Shown piece after piece: positions 25,625-38,350 of a stretch of 64,000 bases of DNA; the stretch's first letter is position 1; every line of letters starts with the position of its first letter. The notes below the pieces were generated by a model. That model saw only the letters and a list, made by a program, of their open reading frames with translations, did not search any database and was not told where the DNA came from. Position numbers and translations under genes: made by a program. The stretch is from Tubiluchus corallicola (taxonomy: Eukaryota; Animalia; Priapulida): the NCBI GenBank assembly GCA_030141605.1, contig JAQGDQ010000949.1:1-64000 (forward strand). Reading direction: 5' to 3'.

Positions 25625-26192
25625 TTTACAAGCGCTTAATGCACAAATAAGACTTTCTGTCACACAGTTGCTTATGATGTGGTATTCGCTGGCGGTTTTT
25701 TGCAGCACTAAACGCACCAAGAGCGAAAGAACACACAAAACACACTTTACCAAAAGCGTGAGTTTTTCGTAAAATGTGAGACTAATATTGTACAAACTTA
25801 TAAAGATTAGTTATGTTACTGTGCGTCGCTGGGTAATAAGAGGAACAAGTGTAAATCGGAAGAAAGTGACGTTCGGTTTGGTAAAAATGCTGAGGTGCCT
25901 TCTCAACACTTTAATCCCATTTTTTCTGAAAACATTCAAAATGGCTTGTGAAACAGTTGACGGCACAAACAAGTATACAACCTAATCTGTTGCATAATTC
26001 CAAAGTCATTCGGAATTTGGATTATCTTTAATTTCTATATATGTTGGCGTGCTAACTAAGGCGTTAGGTACTGGCGCACTCTCCTAAAGCTAGTATTTTA
26101 ATTATACCGAAGCTTCAACTATGAAATTAATATTTTAGTGATATTATCGAATACATATACTAAAGTAGTAATAAACAAACAATATATTATAC

Positions 26193-27257
26193 TGTGACGG
26201 TTTGTGGGAATAAAAATAATATATTATAACTGATCTAGGATAATTAAGCATCAAAGTCTCTAGTCTAAATTTACTTACAAGTCAGGGTAATCATTTCTAC
26301 TAATTTCATCACCAAGCATTTGGGTTCATGTTGGGGCAATTCTCCTATAGGACTCGATTATTTTACTAAATATAATCATTGAGTTGTTAATCGTAAAATG
26401 TTTTCACAAACTTTGAAATAGAACTATTAAACACCTGGATGCTGTGCAAATCATACAGTATATTATTAAACAAGAACAAAGCAAAGAACAATTGTACATA
26501 CGGGAGAAAATAATACCTACTGGTCCCAGATTTAACAAGTAGCAAGGAGTATACTCATGTTTATACGTATTTCCTGATGGCCGGCTCTTCCAGGATGCAC
26601 CAAGGACGGTTTACAGTCCCAAATCCACGAACCTGTACTGGAATAAGGAGGATGCTCCACCATGTAGCCGATCCATGAGTTCTGACACGCCACAAGTAGT
26701 TTAACCTGGAATCGTAGTCGTATCTCTGCGTCTCCTCTACCACCAAATAGCGTAACCAGGATGCTGCGGACTCCACCACTATGTAAACACTCCACCAATG
26801 CTCCGAAACTTTCAGAATCTCTCACAGGGTGGGTTGTCCAAGAACTCCTCTAAGCGAAGAAGTATAACGAGGCAATTACCTCAATCCTGAGTCGTGCTGG
26901 TGTTACGTAAAGGTTGTCGATACAACATTGTGCATTTAACTATTGTCTCTCACAGACCATCAACTAAATTTTGCCATTAAGGCCAAAATAAAACTCATAG
27001 ACAAAACGTGTCTCAAAGATATGACGAACAGAAGAAAGGTACCAACTATGTCAACCAGGTAAAAACGGCCTGGTAGATATCCGTTCAACAGAAAATTTGG
27101 TACCTAAATGAAGTGGGCAAGCACTAGTCTAAATAGAATGACCTTGTATATAATGCATAGTATCCAATGGCTTCTATACTGTTCAAAATCTTATAGTGAT
27201 GAATGGCCCTGTATATCGGCCAGTTAGCTAGCGGTCATGCATCACATGGCCGTGACA
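26193..27257. repeat. LTR-like direct repeat B (1065 bp, TG...CA)
   Basis: Starts TGTGACGG and ends CCGTGACA (imperfect terminal inverted repeat), followed by ACGGG (27258-27262). Aligns with 14721-15812. Confidence 0.78.
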
Positions 27258-27599
27258 ACGGGTGCATTAAGATGTAAGTCATGTGATTGTAATTGTCTGT
27301 TTACTCCAAATGATGACGTATGATTGGCGATATCTGACATAGGCTCCCCAAAACGTTTGATGTGAGGCCAAACTGACAGATCGTTGGGTAATCGAAGAGG
27401 AGAGCTAGAATGAACAACTGTTCTCTTGCGTCTCTTATTTTGAACCTGCAGAGATCTGCTCAAAGACTGAAATGTTTGTATCAAAATAGTTAATTTACTA
27501 AGTTTAGTTGAGAAAAGATCAAGACGATCATATACTAATTTTTCGAAATTTTTTTTGTTATTGGGGAAAGTAACGCAATTGGTCTATAGTTACTTAATT

Positions 27600-28520
27600 C
27601 GTTTGGTGATTTTAGCTTTTCTGGGTATACAATTTCTGTAGCTGATTTGTTGAATAAATCACATAGCAGTAATTAATTAATTTACAGTAATGGAGAAGTA
27701 TCTCTTCTGATCCTGAAGATTTATTACAGTTAAGCTTATTTATTTTAATTAACCGTTTCCTGGGCAACAATATAAGGGGCAATGAAAAAATGTTTTGGAC
27801 AGGTATTTGAATTTTAGTAGCTAGCTTATTATTAACTGTGGTGAAATCCTCGTTCAAAGTATCACATATATTTGTTTGATTACTTGTTTCCACTCAATTA
27901 TGCTATAATTTTAAGTTGACAGCATCTTTGTGTTGGTGTTTAGCTAAATTATTTAAAGCAGTCAATATTTTCTAGTGTTGTTTTTATCGTTTTTCAATAG
28001 GTCTTTATAAAATTGTTTTTCAGCTTTCTCGTTTGTTTGATTTAAGATATTACAGTAATTTTTATTGATCTTAAACGTCCTGCTGTTGTTTAAGGTTTTT
28101 TGTGTTTTCTGATTCGTTGCTTAAAAATAATGTTTAAAGACAAGTGCTTATTAATTACCCTACTCAGGTTGTCGAAGGAAACATTAAAAACCTTTATTAG
28201 TGTGTACATTAAATAGTTTGTATAATATTAAAAGCTTCAGTTAATTCATATAATATTTTTATAGAGTTTCTACCTTATGTTTTTTTTCGTTTAGATAAAG
28301 ACTTGTTGTCAAACCCAAAAATAGGTGAAAGATCGTCCTTTTTATTACATAATGTCAGGGGTTATAGGGTTCACTAAATCATTAGTATATATATATATAT
28401 ATATCAATCATATATGATTGATCAACATTTGAGATTTATTGGTAATCCTTGCGGGTGGTGATTAATGGGATCAAATATACTAATATTGTTGGCACAGAAC
28501 GTATTAGTAAGATTCAGTAT
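27600..28520 (-). mobile_element. Degenerate CR1/L2-type LINE ORF2 fragment (endonuclease to linker)
   Basis: ICDTLNEDFTTVNNKLATKI and NKLNCNKSSG.EEI resemble the LINE ORF2 linker. Heavily decayed, boundaries approximate. Confidence 0.55.
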
Positions 28521-29580
28521 ATCAGACTGGTCGCCCTGTGCGACAAACAATTCGTCTTCTGTTAGACTTTAATATATGGCACTAAGCTGTTAATACACTG
28601 CAAACAGAAAAATGAATCATTAGTGTTAGTTAGTAGAGCAAATTCGACATTGCATAACGAACTGCAATTTTTGTGCACCCATTTTTACATATATCACAAA
28701 AAACTGCGCCTGCAAGCAATGTAGGGGTGACGAATTACCATAATTCTGATAATAAGCCTATAATAATTTATATCAGCTTATTTACATGTTGAATATCATG
28801 GTTACAATAATATAGACAATTTATCTTAATTCGTTCAAGTCAGTTTCAGTTTTAATTTCAAGTGGCTCACGTTCATCACTAATTATCAAATAGATACAGC
28901 CTTGACTAGTCCACTCTGATATGTATTTTTTGAGTTTCTTAACTGTTTGGCATTTAACAAATTGTTCATTTCTACATCCGTGTTAAACAATTTTTGATGA
29001 AGATTTTCACACTTTTGAAACAACCAATTTCAATATTTTCTTGCGATAAGAGTGATCTTTTTATCATTCTTGCAGGACTGTATGCCGGGACCAAGTGGCC
29101 ATTTTGTTTTTTGCTTATTGGACAGTTATAGTTCTCTTGCATTGCTTTTGTTGTCTAATAACAGTTCTTTTAGATTCAGAATGGTCGGTTCATAAATATA
29201 ATTTGCTCTTCTTATAATAAATATATAGGTGAAACAGTTAATGCAATTGCACGATCGGCATAATTTCCTTGCGCGTTGCGGCCATTTCAGGTAAACTAAT
29301 ATAAAAAAATACCAATGTTGTTTAAAAGATTGTAAATCAGCAGCACTGAATAAACAATTAATCATTTACATATACAGTAAAGAAGAATAAAAAGTTTTTG
29401 TAATTAAAATAATGTTCTCAGTTTGGGGACAATCTGCAGAAATGCGTTAAACGCAAATGTGAGCGTTTTACAGTTCAGTAGTTTGGTTTGTTTGGTAACT
29501 TACCTCTGTAGTGCAGGCTGAAGAGTTTGCACTTTAGCTGCTTTGAAATTACTTATAAAATTGTATCGCACGCAATTCAG

Positions 29581-30633
29581 ATGGAGCGAAAATATTTATG
29601 GTTCCTACTAGCGACTTTATGTGTTTTTGCTTACACATACTTTTTCACGATACAAAAATTAACCCTGGTGAATTTAGACAGAAGCTACAGTACTAGAAAT
29701 CAGCATCTCGTTATGAAAACTGAAGAGCGGGAAAAGTGGTTGTACTCAAGAAATCGGAATACAAGAATTGCTCTACGCACGCTGAAAATTAATGTGCCTT
29801 ATATAACTATGAAAAGATTACCAGGGAGACTTGGAAATAATATGTTTAGCTATGCTTCCTTGTACGGAATAGCACGTGCAAATCGTCTTACACCAGTGTT
29901 GCCAAAGGATTTTGCTCTATATGATGTCTTTCCACATCTAAAAATACCAACAATGTCTTCAGTGAGATATTTACACTTTAAAAAACAATTTTCGTGTGCT
30001 AGATTAAGGTATGCCGCAATGTTTTCCCCCTATTTGCATAAGTTAATAGATTACTCTGGATACCCCATGAACATTAGTTTGGAAGGGTACCTTCATTCAT
30101 ATAAATATTTTAATGTCTTGAAAAATGAGATTAAAGGACAATTTAGTTTTCACAGTAAAACCATCACAAAGGCGAGAATGTTGTTAAATTATGAATTACA
30201 GAAGAGAGGCATTTTGGCTGCTACAGCAACATTAGTTGGAATTCACGTGCGAAGAGGCGATATCTTTTCAACAATTTTCCAAGTCCCTTCAGCTGCCTAT
30301 ATCAAAAGATCCATGGACTTTATGAAAAGCAAATTTACCAATGTAGTGTTTGTTGTTATTGGTGAAGACACAACCTGGAACAAAGAAAACATTAAAGGAT
30401 CAGATGTTGTTTTCATGCCTAACAACAGTGAGCCTGTTGTTGACATGTGCATTGTCAGTCGCTTATGCAATCACGTGATCATAACAGTAGGAACGTTCAG
30501 TTTCTGGTGTGGATATTTATCAAATGGAACTGTAGTATACTTTCGTGATATGCTTCCTGATGGGTACAGAGACAAAACGCGATGGTTCATTGCTGATTAC
30601 TATTGGCCACCTGAATGGATAGGCCTACATTAA
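29581..30633 (+). CDS. GT11 galactoside alpha-1,2-fucosyltransferase (FUT1/FUT2-like), type II membrane, 350 aa, intronless
   Basis: ATG at 29581. TM YLWFLLATLCVFAYTYFF; GRLGNNMFSYASLYGIA; LEGYLHSYKYF; GIHVRRGD; D..IVSRLCNHVIITVGTFSFWCGYL; DYYWPPEWIGL. Confidence 0.92.
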   Translation: MERKYLWFLLATLCVFAYTYFFTIQKLTLVNLDRSYSTRNQHLVMKTEEREKWLYSRNRNTRIALRTLKINVPYITMKRLPGRLGNNMFSYASLYGIARANRLTPVLPKDFALYDVFPHLKIPTMSSVRYLHFKKQFSCARLRYAAMFSPYLHKLIDYSGYPMNISLEGYLHSYKYFNVLKNEIKGQFSFHSKTITKARMLLNYELQKRGILAATATLVGIHVRRGDIFSTIFQVPSAAYIKRSMDFMKSKFTNVVFVVIGEDTTWNKENIKGSDVVFMPNNSEPVVDMCIVSRLCNHVIITVGTFSFWCGYLSNGTVVYFRDMLPDGYRDKTRWFIADYYWPPEWIGLH

Positions 30634-33388
30634 GCTAAAGTGCAAAGGCAAAAATTTGTGTTGCTAAACAATGTAAATATTTGTTTCTTACGAGCTTACT
30701 TACGAAGAGCGTTGTTTGTTTACGGTAATTTGCAAGATGTGCACGAAATTTGCTTTAGTGCTAATGTTAATCCAAACAACAAAATGTTAATTATCTTATT
30801 TTCTATAATTACCTGGAAAATTAAAGCTTTTGATTCCTGGTCACGTGTATCTGCGCGATAAAGTACAATAATATAAACATTTGATGATAACACAAACATT
30901 GTTTGTCAATTAATATGAGGAGTTTAGGTGAAATTTTATTTATGCTGAAACTAGCAATTTTTGGATAATTTTTAAGTCTTCAGATGCTTGCTGAAAAGAA
31001 AAAGCACTTAGAAATGGCATTTTTAAGTAGGTATTGAAAGAAAAATTGTTTATGAAGTAAGAATTTCTCTAGCAATTTTGGCCCAGTATCAGTAAAAAAT
31101 TATTAAAAGAATCAGTACTACCTTTAGGATCGCTAATTAAGTAACCATTGATTGGAATGTTATTGTGAGTGTGCAAACTAGCACTGTGCTTAACAAACAA
31201 CTAAGTAACTCACTCATGCACATGCACGCACGTAAACACCGTCACTCATACACATACATGCACATACACGAGCACACACACGCACACAAAAGCGCACAGG
31301 AAACAAAAATATATGAGTTTTGATGAATAACAGGGTTTAATATTACTAGGACAAGTTCTGAAATCTCCAATAAGCACTTCATAAACTAAGATTAAGTAAT
31401 AGCAAAACCTTCTTAAATATCGCATAGTTATTTATTATTAAGTGTAGCGAAATCTTGTTGTACTTCGTAGAAAGGCAAAGGCAAGATTTATTTACAGCTG
31501 GTTTAACAGACAACATTAGAATTAACGGCTATTAAGCGACTAGCACATTCGAACTTTTTTCAAAAGTGTTTGGACACCGTGGTACGTATTGTGCTTCATA
31601 GAAAAGGGTCAAAGTGCAATATTCCTGGTACTTACGTTTGGTGAACTTTTAGATGCTGAGAGCTAGGAACAGAAGATGCACAGGGTACACTCTCTGAATA
31701 AAGGAAAATATGTTTATATGTGAACAAAGAAGGCCGGGTCAAAGTTCATGGCTGGGGCGGATCTCCATTTATTTTTGGGCTACAATTCTTCTCTCAGAGT
31801 TTTTTTAGGTAGGAGCACAATATTTAGTATATGACTACGTGGGTCGCCTCCTTGTGTATCACTAAAAATGGGACATGCTGCTCTCGTATAAGATTATTTT
31901 TTATTAATGGATTAAACTTTAGTGAAGTTACAATAACAAATAATTTTAATTGTAGGTGGCAGCACGTGTTTAATTATTGATAGTAGTAGATGCGTGATAT
32001 CTATCCAATCAGTTGCTGTAGCGTCCGGTACTAGTGTCTTTGATAAATAAAGCAAATTATACTTTGTATAATAATGAAGACATCAGCCAATGGCTATTCA
32101 TCAACCCTTCAAAGCCCTACTATGGCTATTCAATGGCCTTGTTAAAAAAACGTTTTTCACTAACAAACCCGCCCTACCTTACCCTACTCTACCCTAAATC
32201 ATTCTTGAAATTGTGCAAATAAGATGACGGCAAGTAGAGGTATTACACACTTGCAGTCATTGCTTATGAAAGGGGGTCCAGGCGGTACTAAGGTGCACAA
32301 TTGTTTTGAAACGTTCAAGACATTTTTGCCACCATGTCATATGAATCATGCAAAAGCATTTTTAAACCTTTGCCAACAGTTGCGAAACCTTGTGCTCCCC
32401 ACTAAAATAGGAAAACGTACGTACCAAAGCTCAAGATGAAGACCTATTAGAGCACTAGGCGCATCATCCATGAAAGACAAGGAGACAAGGAACTCATACA
32501 ATCAGATGCAAATGAGAACGTTTTAAAACAATCGTGCATCTTAGTTCCAGCTGGAACCCCCTCTCGTGGGCCCTGACTGCATTGGGTAATTGCATAACTT
32601 GCCCATCGGATTTGTGTGAGTATATAAGTTCGTTACGTCTCATAATTTGGTTGCTAGGAGAGCTTTTCTACGATACAATCTCAAGACGGATCATTGTTAC
32701 TCATACGGAGCCAGTCAAAGCCAAGGCAGGTGAAACAGAGAATCAGTTATAGCTTGGCCGAAGGCGGGGAAATGGCTAAACTTACAACAATTCTACATGC
32801 AGATGTGAATGTGATGGTTAATGTGAGATAATATAATTGTTTTATACATGGAGTTAGGCAGTCAAGCGTAATAGTCTGATTGAACCACCGTGACTTCCCA
32901 AGAATCATACAATTCGGAACTGGCAAGTGGGAAACTGCTCATTCTCAGAAAAGCGTGATTGAAGTTTCATTGAAATCTCTCATAATAAACATTTCTTTTT
33001 AATTAATCTATTTCACGAGACGCATGATATAAATAATCACTACAAACACTTTTCGTTTTACTTTCGATTCTTGTTTTAGAGCGACGTATTTAGCCAAAGA
33101 CATAACCAAGTATATATTTCATTTGAAATTATTTTTCATATTATTTCTGCATTGTGCATTTTCGTAATCTGTGCTATCGGCTCTTGGAATAAATAAACAT
33201 CAATCATTAAAAAGGATTTGCCATTTCGCGCATCTCGAATGCCGCAACAAAATTATTCTGCATACCTACGCAAGATCCAACTTCCTGTTTAATCTGGGGT
33301 TCTGCTCTCAGCTGAAAACTTGCGTCAACCGCAGAACAGATGAAAATTGCTTATAAGCAGTTGTGCAAACGTGACAGTCATGCCTAAG

Positions 33389-34450
33389 ATGAGAAAGTTT
33401 GTCATGTTGCGTTGTTTTTCTGTGATATTATGTTGCATGTTGCTTATTTGTTTCATGGTTTTTGTTCTTGGCATTAATTTAAAAAGCAATGTGGCACTGG
33501 AGAAACATCAAAAAATGGAAATAAAACTTTCAAAAATACCAACAGTTACAGAGATTGACCCATACAGCTTGAGAAGCTTTAATTTTCACTTGAATTTAAT
33601 AGTGATATGTTATAACAGAGCTTCATCTTTGGAAAGATTGCTCTTATCACTTGAATCAGCTGATTACATAAATGATACGGTATCACTAGAAGTTTGGATT
33701 GACTGTGCACCTGATGGACATGCTGATGAGAAAACCGTTAAAGTAGCAGTTAATGCAAGTTGGACACACGGCTCAAAGAATGTTCATGTAAGAAAACAAC
33801 ATGCAGGATCTTATACACAATGGTACGACACGTGGATTCCAGATTCTGAACAGAAAGGACAATATGGTCTTATTTTAGAGGATGACCTAGATATTTCTGT
33901 GCATTATTATAAATGGTTAAAAGCTGCAATTTATACCTATAAAGATACTCCAGATTTAGCCAGCATCACTTTATATCGTGGGAGGCTTGTTGCCAAACCA
34001 GGTTTAAACAGAGATAAAGTTTGTACAACATGTACTGACAGTGTAATTATGTATAGACTCTTTAGTACGTGGTCTTGTGCACCAATGCCTGAGATATGGA
34101 CACAGTTTAGAAGATGGTATCATGGCATTAAAGATAATGCAACGTTTCTTCCTTTTATTCCAGGAAATGATATTGTCTTGAATAAATCCATACGCAGGTT
34201 TCATCCTAGAGGTAAAATGAATGAAGCATTTTTTCTCCATTATACTGGACACCACCAGCTCTACACACTTTATCCAAACCTTCCCAATAGACTAACATTT
34301 GTTTGTAATCACAGAGAACCTGGAATACACGTTAGTAAAAAATCTACAAGAGAGTGTGTTTATCCTTTAGTAAAAACATGGAACAAAAATTTTACCAATT
34401 TTCCAAGATTTCCAACTAAAGTTAACTGGGATGGGTTCCCTGAGCTGTAG
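33389..34450 (+). CDS. Uncharacterised GT-A-fold glycosyltransferase, copy 2 (intronless; alternative ATG at 33380)
   Basis: About 16 aa differences out of 353 from copy 1 (counted by eye). Same CYNR..SL.RLL.SL and LEDD motifs, ORF intact. Confidence 0.85.
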   Translation: MRKFVMLRCFSVILCCMLLICFMVFVLGINLKSNVALEKHQKMEIKLSKIPTVTEIDPYSLRSFNFHLNLIVICYNRASSLERLLLSLESADYINDTVSLEVWIDCAPDGHADEKTVKVAVNASWTHGSKNVHVRKQHAGSYTQWYDTWIPDSEQKGQYGLILEDDLDISVHYYKWLKAAIYTYKDTPDLASITLYRGRLVAKPGLNRDKVCTTCTDSVIMYRLFSTWSCAPMPEIWTQFRRWYHGIKDNATFLPFIPGNDIVLNKSIRRFHPRGKMNEAFFLHYTGHHQLYTLYPNLPNRLTFVCNHREPGIHVSKKSTRECVYPLVKTWNKNFTNFPRFPTKVNWDGFPEL

Positions 34451-36639
34451 TTTGAAGCATTCTGCAAAGCTTTAATTTTAGCAAAAAAGCCAAAATATAT
34501 TTACATGTCTTTCCTGTTTCATTTTGGTGTTTTGGTTTTAAGAAGTATATAATAAAAACGTCTTCAGATGTGGGCCGACAGTGCTGAAGTGTAAAAGTCT
34601 CTGAATGACTAGAACCACATGCTTGTATTAAATTAATATATACAATATTGAATATTTATTGGGCTAAGAAACAGTAATATAAGTTGTTAGGCTTATTGTG
34701 ATCTTAAACACAACCTTCCCTTTGAACTTACTGATTTTAGCACCAAGAAACACGAAGCACGAAGGCATATGTATTAAGAAGTCAGCCATGTTATTGTAAT
34801 TGTCTGTTTAGTACAAATGATGATGTATGATTGCCGATATCTGACATAGGCTCCCCAAAACAATTCTTTGAGTAGTCGAACTGAAGAGCCAGAATGAACG
34901 ACTGTTCTCCTTTGCCTCTTTATCTTGAACCTGCAGAGATCTACTTCTTGTCTGTTCAAAGGCTCTAATTTTTGTATCATAATTTAGTCTCTTACCTATA
35001 TTATTTTACACCCGTTTGCTAATTGTAACTGGAAGATATAAACTGTTAATGAGAAAATTCCTTTATTGATTAGTGAGACATTTCCATGAGAACTTATTGC
35101 TTAGACAAGACATTTAGCTGTATAAAATCAAAGACTGTCTGATTTGGTAGCATTGTTACTTGATGATGACGACTGCACTTAGACGCATAGCAAAATAAAA
35201 TCTTTATTTGCAAAGATATATGGCCTTGGTATACATGTATTGTTTTTCACTGAAATTGAATGTCTGCTCGCATTTCGGTGGTGAGCCTTTCTTCTGAAAT
35301 CGAACTCCAAGAAATCGGTTTAAGGGAGGTACAACACAGCCTAAATTACTGTTATGGCAAAATAGACCAGCCGAATTTTCATAAAAAGTGGAACCCTACA
35401 GGATTTTTTTCTAAAAGTGAGGGCAGCATTGCCAGTCTATCGATTTGATTATTGCGAATACAATGAAAATCTGCTGCCATTGCAAAAACTTAACGAAAAG
35501 GGGTCGAAAATACGAAAAACAAAATGTCAGATATGTTTAAACCAAACAATATAAATAAAAAATTAAAAAATTCCACAGAAGATTAACAATAAGTGGGATT
35601 GTAACAATTCTACTAGTTTATTTGGATCAAAGAACTCCATTTATTCTACTTATATTTCGAAATGGCTGCCACACAAAACGAAATAATGCTGATCAGGAAT
35701 TTATAAAAACTGTTTAACCTAAAGGTTTATTAAATAAAAACTAAGAGCAAATTATTTTTGTTGATACGGGCTTGCTACCAAAAAAAAACAAGTAACACTG
35801 CGACTTAACCTGGTTTCTAGTAATGTAATTAATTCTGGCTCTAATAAGCAGAAAACAAAATGGCGGCCTGTTTCACGACAAATTTGTCTAACAGACGGTG
35901 AAACATTTGCTTAATTTAATTTGCAAATGTGTGTAATGGCTCAATGCACTTTAGTGAGAAAGACGGCACTATATACCAGGAAATATTCCCAGAAAGGTGT
36001 TGTATTTCAAACATTTTTGTGTAGACCAATATATCCATTTTTATAAATTAGATTATCAACCACTTGCAAAAACGTGCTTGGTGATTTATGCAGCATATTG
36101 TAATAAAGCATTAAGTCATATTTTTTAAATCTTGTTTCCTGTTTTTATTTGAAAACCTCATGTGCTGATTGTAGTATAGTGTGTTACAAATACCAAATAC
36201 TTCCTTTAGCCCTTGGCTTTGAAATATTTATAGTAGCCTGATGGAGCATGTTGTTAAATCGACTAATTATGGCCACACCATAGTTAGGCAAACTTGGCAA
36301 ACACATTTAATTGAGAGATGCAAGTCAAAGTTTCTCTAAATTTAAAGCCCTCATTGGACATGGCAGCTAGTACGAAAGTAAAAGCACAAGTTTAGCTTAC
36401 GTTTAAGTTTAAGTTTATTTGACACCCATAAAAAGATTACAATAGAATAAATAAAAACATTGAATCATTACCGATCAATTAAAATTGTCATAGGGGTCGG
36501 AGGAGACGCACAGAGTTGTACTGCTTAAGCGCGCATTGTAATAATAAACAACATTACGGTTTTATTTACAGACTATTCCAGTTAAAGCAATATTACATAA
36601 TGAAATTTGTTTACATATGGTATGATAATGTAAGCGCTG

Positions 36640-38350
36640 ATTTCAATTCAAAGCATTTATGCTTTTCTGGAATAAATTGTTATTAATGGCAGTTACTAAA
36701 AGATGTACATTTATGTGTGATGGGAAGGAATTCCATATAGGTACCACACGTTTTGAAAAATAATGAGCAAAACTAGCTTTGGAAAGGCGTGTTACATACA
36801 ATTTTAGAGGGTGAGTCCGCCTAGTGTTATCGGTTATTGGGGGGTTATTGCAACGTCTATTATTGTACTGAACACCCTTTTCACACAAAATGTGTCTGTT
36901 GAAGCCAAGTTATGCATCTGGTCAGTATAAAAGCGGCGGTCTCTGCTCTTTTACTGGTCCAGTTAGTGTGATCCACGACAGTGTAAACTCTATTTCGCAA
37001 TATTTTTGAATCTACTTCATTGTAATTTGCCAATAAAGGTATCGTTTTTCTCACACATCATTCTGTTGTTACGTGGATGGATTCTAGAAGAGTTATAGAC
37101 GTACCACATCTACTGGTACCGAGCCAACCTGGGTTGTTTTACCACATGTGGGCGAGGTACCGCCGGCAGTTCTATATTATAACACATGAATAAGTTGTTC
37201 TTAGTCGTTTTTCTTCAAGTGATTCTAAGCCTAGTAACTTAAGTCTGTCGGGGTAAGATACATAGTTTACAATACATTGTGTGTTTTTCAGCCCCTCTAT
37301 ATTGCTGTGATGGGATGGAGGCCAAGCAAGGGTGCAATATTTTACAACTGGCCTGACATATAGCTTACAGGCCATAAGAAGTGCATTAACATTTCTAGTT
37401 TCGAATATTCTAAATAACATTTTACTAACTTTTTTAGAAATTTCGATACGCAGTGCGAGTTAACTTTAAGTTCATTTTATATCATGATGCAAAGATTTCG
37501 TACAACGGATACACTAAGTAATATACGACCTGACATAGTATACACATTGTCTGAAATTTTCTTGCCGAATCTTTGCACAATTTACAATACATTCTATGTT
37601 ATGCTGAATATCATTCTTATCGTACAAAGATACACATTGGTATAACTTAACGCCAACTGCAAACAATTTTACAGTAACAATTCAGTAAATTATTAATGTA
37701 TAGTAGGAATGTAAGTACTGCCTTGGACTGCAACCGAGACAACATCCACATATGAGGAAAAAGCATTACCAATTATGAACCTGTTTATGAAGCCTTTTGC
37801 GCCAAGCAATCGTAATTTTATTATGAGTTTTCTGTGGCAGGCAGGATCAAATGCTTTCTGAAAATCCAGGTTGCTACCCATATCGAGAACTACATTCCTA
37901 TCATACAAAACTCTAGAATATGTATGGAAGTTGACTTTCTAGACAAAAACCCATGTTGTGTTGTCTCTTAAGTATTTCTTCATGCAGTCGGCTATTATAG
38001 ATTCCATAATTCTACAAGCAATACAATTCAGTGAGACAGGGCAATAGTTATTAGAGTCGGAACAATATTCTGCGAGTTTCCTTGTATGCGGTATATTGGC
38101 TTCAGAAATCAATGACAGAGTTAAGCATAAAATATCAGCAAGTCTTTTATGTATGATGTCATGTATGCTGTCTGATATTCGACTCTTTCTAGGCTTTATT
38201 TTTTGCAAATTTTTAAGTATTACAAATTCAATCCCCTCATATTGCTGACCTTTATGTTGAAACAAAGTTTATGGCGAAATGCCATCATCAATGGTAAAAT
38301 TATTGGCATAACATTGTTTTGATATATTCACCTTGGCGACATTATCGGTA
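36640..38350 (-). mobile_element. Degenerate CR1-type LINE ORF2 (RT to C-terminus)
   Basis: NNYCPVSLNCIACRIMESI, LDFQKAFD...HRKLIIKL, LYVRPVVKYC..AWPP, SYPDRLKLLGLESLE..R and YFSKRVVPIWNSFP occur in the expected order. Confidence 0.8.

Noticed and set aside
14721-27257. Interpretation as one ordinary full-length BEL/Pao provirus
   Set aside because: No PBS or PPT adjoins the repeats, the Pao part lacks RNase H and integrase, the repeats have non-matching right ends, and ~5 kb of unrelated cargo intervenes.
24698-30633. Bacterial contamination or recent HGT suggested by intronless FkbM and GT11 genes
   Set aside because: Both have eukaryotic type II anchors, animal-type motifs and host-like composition, and they lie among metazoan transposons and spliced genes. 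Ancient transfer cannot be excluded without a phylogeny.
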